Below are positions 59,174 to 64,000 of a DNA stretch of 64,000 bases, in pieces. The DNA comes from Verrucomicrobiota bacterium (lineage in GTDB: Bacteria; Verrucomicrobiota; Verrucomicrobiia; Limisphaerales; SXQI01): positions 1 through 64,000 of the forward strand of contig JANRLX010000129.1 of the NCBI GenBank assembly GCA_033762115.1. Direction: 5' to 3'. The stretch's first letter is position 1. Each line of letters begins with the position of its first letter. The position numbers and the translations under genes were made by a program. The notes beneath the pieces were generated by a model. The model was not told the origin of the DNA. It saw only the letters and a list, made by a program, of their open reading frames with translations, and made no database searches.

Positions 59174-60253
59174 ATGGAACAAGCAATTTCCATAAAAAAA
59201 GCAACTGCTTCCCCGGATTTTTCAAAATGGGCTGTGGTGGGCCTTAACGACGACACAGGGTTGGGGCGAATGGCTTGTGATGTCAGGAGCGTCCTCGGTT
59301 TTGGGCAGCATGTTGTCATTCCTTCGGAACGGCTGCAAACGCGTCCTTTGCTGAGTCCTCGTGACGTTATCCTGGACCGAAAAGCGGAGCGTGCCGTAAT
59401 TAAAAATGCAATTGAAGGGCTGGAAGGATTGCTCATTTTGGAGCGTCATGATTGGGTCCCTGACCTTCTGAAAATTGCCAGGGAAAAAGGTGTCCGTACA
59501 GTTTGCGTTCCGATGTGGGAATGGTTCCGTGGACATTTAAGCGAGTGGCGGGACTGCGATTTATTTGCCTGTCCGAATAAATTTTGTGTCCAGATTGTTC
59601 AAAGTTACGGCTTTCGAAATGCGGTTTACCTCCCGTGGGCCCTCGATCTGGAAAAACTTCCGAAAAGGTCCATCGCCGGTCCGGCCAGGCATTTTGTGCA
59701 TAATGCCGGGCTTGTGGATGCTGATGACCGAAAAGGAACACGTGATACCATCAAGGCATTTGCGAAAGTTAAACGCACTGATCTGCGATTGACGGTTCGC
59801 ATGCAGAAAGAGGCGGAACTCCCGAAGCATGATGAGAGGGTGCAAATCGAAATTGGGAATCAGGAATCATTGGCTGACCTTTATTCCGTGGGGGATGCCG
59901 CCATTCAACCTTCAAAGATGGAAGGGCTTGGTTTTATGGTTTTGGAGCCGGTTTGCTCAGGAATTCCGGTGATCACTACGAATTATCCACCCATGAATGA
60001 ATGGGTGCAGCAACCCGAGCTGCGTTGCAATCTTCGCTGGTTCAAACGAAAGGCCTTTGCTACCCAATGGGTGAAACATGCTCATTTAAGGCTCCCATCA
60101 ATCGATGACCTGGCAAGGCGGATTGAGTGGTGTGCGGATAATGATTTGAGGGGGATCTCGCAGGGGAACCGGTTTTGGGCTGAGCGAATTTTCAGTCGCG
60201 ATTCGCTTCTGAATCACTGGCGCAGCGTGATCAAGGAGTTTTTCAAGTTATAA
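59174..60253 (+). CDS. GT4-like glycosyltransferase
   Basis: RKG, PSKMEGLGFMVLE...GIPVI. Confidence 0.85.
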   Translation: MEQAISIKKATASPDFSKWAVVGLNDDTGLGRMACDVRSVLGFGQHVVIPSERLQTRPLLSPRDVILDRKAERAVIKNAIEGLEGLLILERHDWVPDLLKIAREKGVRTVCVPMWEWFRGHLSEWRDCDLFACPNKFCVQIVQSYGFRNAVYLPWALDLEKLPKRSIAGPARHFVHNAGLVDADDRKGTRDTIKAFAKVKRTDLRLTVRMQKEAELPKHDERVQIEIGNQESLADLYSVGDAAIQPSKMEGLGFMVLEPVCSGIPVITTNYPPMNEWVQQPELRCNLRWFKRKAFATQWVKHAHLRLPSIDDLARRIEWCADNDLRGISQGNRFWAERIFSRDSLLNHWRSVIKEFFKL

Positions 60254-60258
60254 ATTTC

Positions 60259-61092
60259 TTGAACGGTATCAGCGCATATATTCCGTGCTACAATAATGCG
60301 TTGTCCTTGAGCAAGGCGATTGAAAGCATGCGCAAACAAACCGTTCAGGTGGATGAATTATTCGTTATCGATGATGGTTCCACTGATGATTCCCTTGCAA
60401 TTGCTGCAAAGCACCAGGTCAAGGTGGTGTCGCTTGGGAAGAATTTTGGAAGAGGCCGGGTTCGTGCCGAGGCGGTCGAGAGGAGTATGAACCCATTTGT
60501 TCTTTCCTGTGATGCAACGAATGCGCTGGAGCCTGATTTTTTGGAAAAAGCGCTGCCCCATTTTGATGTTTCCGCAACTGCTGCAGTGTTTGGACGGATT
60601 CGACAAATGCCGGGAGGAAATTTTATCCAACGCTGGAGAGGCCGACATTTGTTTCAGGAGGAGATCGCTGCATCTCTTGAAAAAAAAGCGTTGCTATCAA
60701 CCTGGGGCTGTGTCTTGAGAAGGGAGGCAGCGTTAAAGGTGGGGAATTTTAATCCAAACCTCAGGCATTCTGAGGATGCCGACCTTGGAGAACGCCTCCT
60801 GAAACAAGGGTATGAGGTGGTTTTCGATCCAAGGTTGAATGTCTTTTCTGTGGTGGAAAATAGTCTGGGACAGGTGCTTGAACGTTACTGGAGATGGTAC
60901 GCAGGAAAAAACGAAAACCTCTCCATTCGAAGCTATCTCAAACAAATCGTGTTTTCTATTAAAGTCCTTGCAGTACGTGATTGGCGTGCTGGCGACCCAG
61001 GCGCAAGCTTCGTAAGCTTGCTTGTTCCGCATTATCAATTCTGGAAAACCCTCATCCGAAAGAGTCGAAAACATGGAAACTACAATCGCTAA
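60259..61092 (+). CDS. GT2 glycosyltransferase
   Basis: IPCYN, IDDGSTD, SEDADL. Confidence 0.87.
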   Translation: MNGISAYIPCYNNALSLSKAIESMRKQTVQVDELFVIDDGSTDDSLAIAAKHQVKVVSLGKNFGRGRVRAEAVERSMNPFVLSCDATNALEPDFLEKALPHFDVSATAAVFGRIRQMPGGNFIQRWRGRHLFQEEIAASLEKKALLSTWGCVLRREAALKVGNFNPNLRHSEDADLGERLLKQGYEVVFDPRLNVFSVVENSLGQVLERYWRWYAGKNENLSIRSYLKQIVFSIKVLAVRDWRAGDPGASFVSLLVPHYQFWKTLIRKSRKHGNYNR

Positions 61093-61816
61093 TGCCGCCC
61101 GATCACCCCTGCCTTCGCTGCTTGAAACAGCATTAAAGGAAGGACTGGTATACTCCGCTGATGGAACAAAAACAAAGCTGCACTCCAACGTTTCATTGGA
61201 GGAAGCTTTGCAGCTTTATAAAGCTGTCACCTCTTTGAAAGCCAGGCGTACTGCCGAGGTAGGCTTTGCCCAGGGAATTTCCTGCCTGGCCATCCTGCAA
61301 GGGCTCTCCGATAATGGCGGCGGTGAACATCATGTGATGGACCCATTTCAGGCGAAGTTTGGAGATGTGGGGATAGAAATGGTTCGTCGAAGCGGCTTGA
61401 ATCACCTGTTGACATTTTATCGCAAGTTTCCTGAGGAAGTGATCCCGTCCCTGCCCACGCTGGATTTTGTTTTTATTGATGCTTCCCATTTATTCGACCT
61501 CACGTTGTTTGAGTTCGTTCTCGCGGACAAAAAGCTCCGGGTCGGCGGGTACATCGGTTTTCATGATCTCTGGATGCCGTCATTGCAGAAGATGTTGCGA
61601 TATATTTTGTCGAATCGATCCTACCGGGTGGTCAATGCCGCGCCTTCTTCAGGGCTTTCCTTCAAGCATCGTTTTCTCCAATCCCTTCCCGGCGCCGCCC
61701 GATTGCTTAAACCGGAAATGATTGAACCATGGAGCGCCTATGGAATGGGAAACATGGTCCTGATCGAAAAGACTGCGGATGATTCTCGTGAATGGACCCA
61801 TCATGTGAACTTCTGA
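61073..61816 (+). CDS. Class I SAM-dependent methyltransferase (Methyltransf_24-like)
   Basis: EVGFAQGIS, FVFIDASH, LRVGG..GFHD; start placed at ATG 61073. Confidence 0.85.
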   Translation: METTIANAARSPLPSLLETALKEGLVYSADGTKTKLHSNVSLEEALQLYKAVTSLKARRTAEVGFAQGISCLAILQGLSDNGGGEHHVMDPFQAKFGDVGIEMVRRSGLNHLLTFYRKFPEEVIPSLPTLDFVFIDASHLFDLTLFEFVLADKKLRVGGYIGFHDLWMPSLQKMLRYILSNRSYRVVNAAPSSGLSFKHRFLQSLPGAARLLKPEMIEPWSAYGMGNMVLIEKTADDSREWTHHVNF

Positions 61817-62655
61817 TGAGGCTCTCCGTCGTTATTCCAACCTGTAATCGGAACGATTTGCTTGAGCGTTGTCTTGAGCAATTAACTCCTGAACTGCAGG
61901 GAATTTCCGGAAATGACTTTGAAATCATTGTCACGGATGACAGTCGTTCGTTTGAATCTTCTAAATTACAGGGAAAATTTCCTTCAGTGACCTTTCTGCA
62001 GGGACCGCGGCGCGGACCCGCTTCAAACCGAAACCATGGCGCCAGGCATGCCAGGGGAGAGTGGATCGTATTTACGGATGATGATTGTGTTCCTGAACCG
62101 CAATGGCTCTCATCCTTTTGGAAGGCCTGTGATGGCAGCATCGCGGTTTATGAAGGGAAAACCACCTGCAAGGAAGGTGTTCGATCCCCACTGGAACATT
62201 CTCCAGTGAATCTCAACGGAGGATTTCTTTGGTCCTGCAATATGATGATTCACTCGGGTTTGTTTAAACAATTGGGAGGTTTCGACGAAGCGTTTCCATT
62301 TCCTCATATGGAAGATTGTGACATGCGGGAGCGCATTAAAGCCACGGGCAGCATGATCCGGTTTGTGCCTTCTGCGATTGTTGATCATCCTCCCAGAAAA
62401 GTCCCCTGGGGTGCCAAACGCGCACGAATGCATGAAAGCACAATTTACTACGAAAAAATCAAGCAGGGCATTCCAGGCAACCGATGCATTCCTCTGTTAT
62501 GGTCCATATTTCGTTATCGGTTAGTTGCTATTAAGCATCACTTTGCTCCGGGTTCTGCCATTTCCGCACTTATCTCTCTGGTGCTCGAACTGGCCGCTAC
62601 TGCCTTCATGTGCCCGGGTTGGTGCCAAAAATACAATCGGGCAACGCAGCGATGA
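61816..62655 (+). CDS. GT2 glycosyltransferase
   Basis: SVVIPT, GPASNRNHG, FTDDDC, GGFDE, EDCD; TGATG overlap. Confidence 0.9.
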   Translation: MRLSVVIPTCNRNDLLERCLEQLTPELQGISGNDFEIIVTDDSRSFESSKLQGKFPSVTFLQGPRRGPASNRNHGARHARGEWIVFTDDDCVPEPQWLSSFWKACDGSIAVYEGKTTCKEGVRSPLEHSPVNLNGGFLWSCNMMIHSGLFKQLGGFDEAFPFPHMEDCDMRERIKATGSMIRFVPSAIVDHPPRKVPWGAKRARMHESTIYYEKIKQGIPGNRCIPLLWSIFRYRLVAIKHHFAPGSAISALISLVLELAATAFMCPGWCQKYNRATQR

Positions 62656-63791
62656 AAATCGCAAGTTTCACAAATTGTCCCATCGAACCGCACCTCGGTT
62701 CCGGAAAAACTGTATTGCAGTATACGACGGGGTTGCGCGCCCTGGGGCATGCGGTCGATGCGTTTTCTCCCTCTGAGTATGAATTCATGCCGAAGAAGGT
62801 CAAAGGAAGGAAATTTCGCCAAGCCTACGGCGCGAATCAATTGCTGCTGAAAAATGATCGATGGAAAAATTACGATCTCATCGAATTTTACGGGGATGAA
62901 TTTTGGCTTCCGACAAGGTCGCTCTCACGAATTCCTGATCATCCTTTGCTGGTCGCACACACGAATGGATTGGAGTTGCTTGCATCTGAGCGACAAAAAC
63001 CGTATCGACCGGGAGGGGTTCAAGGAATTGCAAGAAATATCATCTCGGCCTTGACCCACTCCCGCTTTTCCCAAATTGCCTTCAAATCTGCCGACGCCTT
63101 CGTGAGTTTATGCAATTTGGATACTGAGTATGTCATCGAGAAAGGTTTATATCCGAAGGATTGGACGGCAACGATTGAACCTGGTTTGGATTCTGAATAT
63201 CTCTCCCTTCCTTTTCGCTCCAACAAGGAAAAACGCCTGGTGTTTACTGGTTCATGGATTCCCCGCAAAGGCGTTGAAACGCTTGTTGCCTCCGTGATTC
63301 CAATTCTGAAAGAACATCCAGAGTATGCCCTGGATATTTGCGGAGCAGCCTCACAAATCAGTGAGGTGAAGGCTTCATTTCCCGCAGACATTCTATCACG
63401 CGTTGCCGTGCATCCCAGGTTAACTGAGGCGCAGTTGGCTGCAATTTTATCCAACGCAGAAATTTACGTTTTTCCGACACGTTATGAAGGATTCGGCATC
63501 GCAACCGCTGAAGCGATGACCGCAAGTTGCGCGGTGGTCACCACGCGGACGGGGTTTGGAGGAAGCCTTAAAAATGGGCAGGAGGCGATCCTCTGTGATT
63601 TTGATTCGAGCGAGCAATTCACCGCAGCCATTCGGAAATTGATTTCAGATCCCGTCTATCGCACGACCCTTGCGAAAAAGGGGTGGGAACGGGCACGGGC
63701 GCTGACGTGGGAATCAAACGTGGCCAAGCTCGAACGCCAATATTTGAACTGGCTCGAACGTCATCGCAAGGGAGAACGGAAATGGCGCTAA
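62652..63791 (+). CDS. GT4 glycosyltransferase
   Basis: RKG, PTRYEGFGIATAEAM; ATGA overlap. Confidence 0.9.
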   Translation: MKIASFTNCPIEPHLGSGKTVLQYTTGLRALGHAVDAFSPSEYEFMPKKVKGRKFRQAYGANQLLLKNDRWKNYDLIEFYGDEFWLPTRSLSRIPDHPLLVAHTNGLELLASERQKPYRPGGVQGIARNIISALTHSRFSQIAFKSADAFVSLCNLDTEYVIEKGLYPKDWTATIEPGLDSEYLSLPFRSNKEKRLVFTGSWIPRKGVETLVASVIPILKEHPEYALDICGAASQISEVKASFPADILSRVAVHPRLTEAQLAAILSNAEIYVFPTRYEGFGIATAEAMTASCAVVTTRTGFGGSLKNGQEAILCDFDSSEQFTAAIRKLISDPVYRTTLAKKGWERARALTWESNVAKLERQYLNWLERHRKGERKWR

Positions 63792-64000
63792 AAATCGCTT
63801 TTCTGACAGGATGCCTGGAACGCGGAAAAGATGGTGTCGGTGATTTCACTCAGGACCTCGCCGCTTCTCTCGAAAAGCGAGGAATGACCACCATGGTGAT
63901 TTCTCTTTGTGAGCCTGAACTCAATCAAGCAAAAGCCAGCGAACGCGCTGTCCGCATTCCTCGCTCATTGCCTCTTGGGGAACGTTTCAACCTTGTTGAA
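63782..64000 (+). CDS. Probable GT4 glycosyltransferase, N-terminal fragment (runs off window end)
   Basis: Manual translation MALKIAFLTGCLERGKDGVGDFTQDLAASLEKRG... Confidence 0.7.
   Translation, partial: MALKIAFLTGCLERGKDGVGDFTQDLAASLEKRGMTTMVISLCEPELNQAKASERAVRIPRSLPLGERFNLVE

Overview
Bacterial chromosomal segment, most likely Verrucomicrobiota (inferred from protein style: DUF1592/DUF1552 pair, WPxxRGP beta-propellers, YxVExS...W...RxYR C-terminal motifs). From left to right: a minus-strand glnK-amtB-glnA nitrogen operon behind a sigma54 promoter with an IHF site; hrpA; gap; a divergent nhaR/terC pair; a Pgl-like amino-sugar/Wzy polysaccharide operon; two beta-propeller genes; ygfZ; a CorC-family gene; an orphan LuxE-like gene; an ABC-2 exporter; glgP; a frameshifted rlmN; a DUF1592/DUF1552 pair; trmL-truA-yqgF-hemL; a U32/RlhA-like gene; thioesterase-mazG-proB. 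From about 46 kb to the window end lies a surface-glycan locus: HpnA-like epimerase, FkbM, O-antigen-ligase/TPR, an RfaH-like NusG paralog, a 1461-aa secreted multidomain protein, Wzm/Wzt, three more methyltransferases and five glycosyltransferases. The best novelty candidate is the 264-nt spacer after the RfaH-like gene, which holds a ~155-nt multi-helix candidate RNA followed by an ops-like element abutting the start codon of the giant secreted protein. No rRNA, tRNA, CRISPR array or transposase was recognised. All calls come from reading sequence and motifs by eye; no searches were run.
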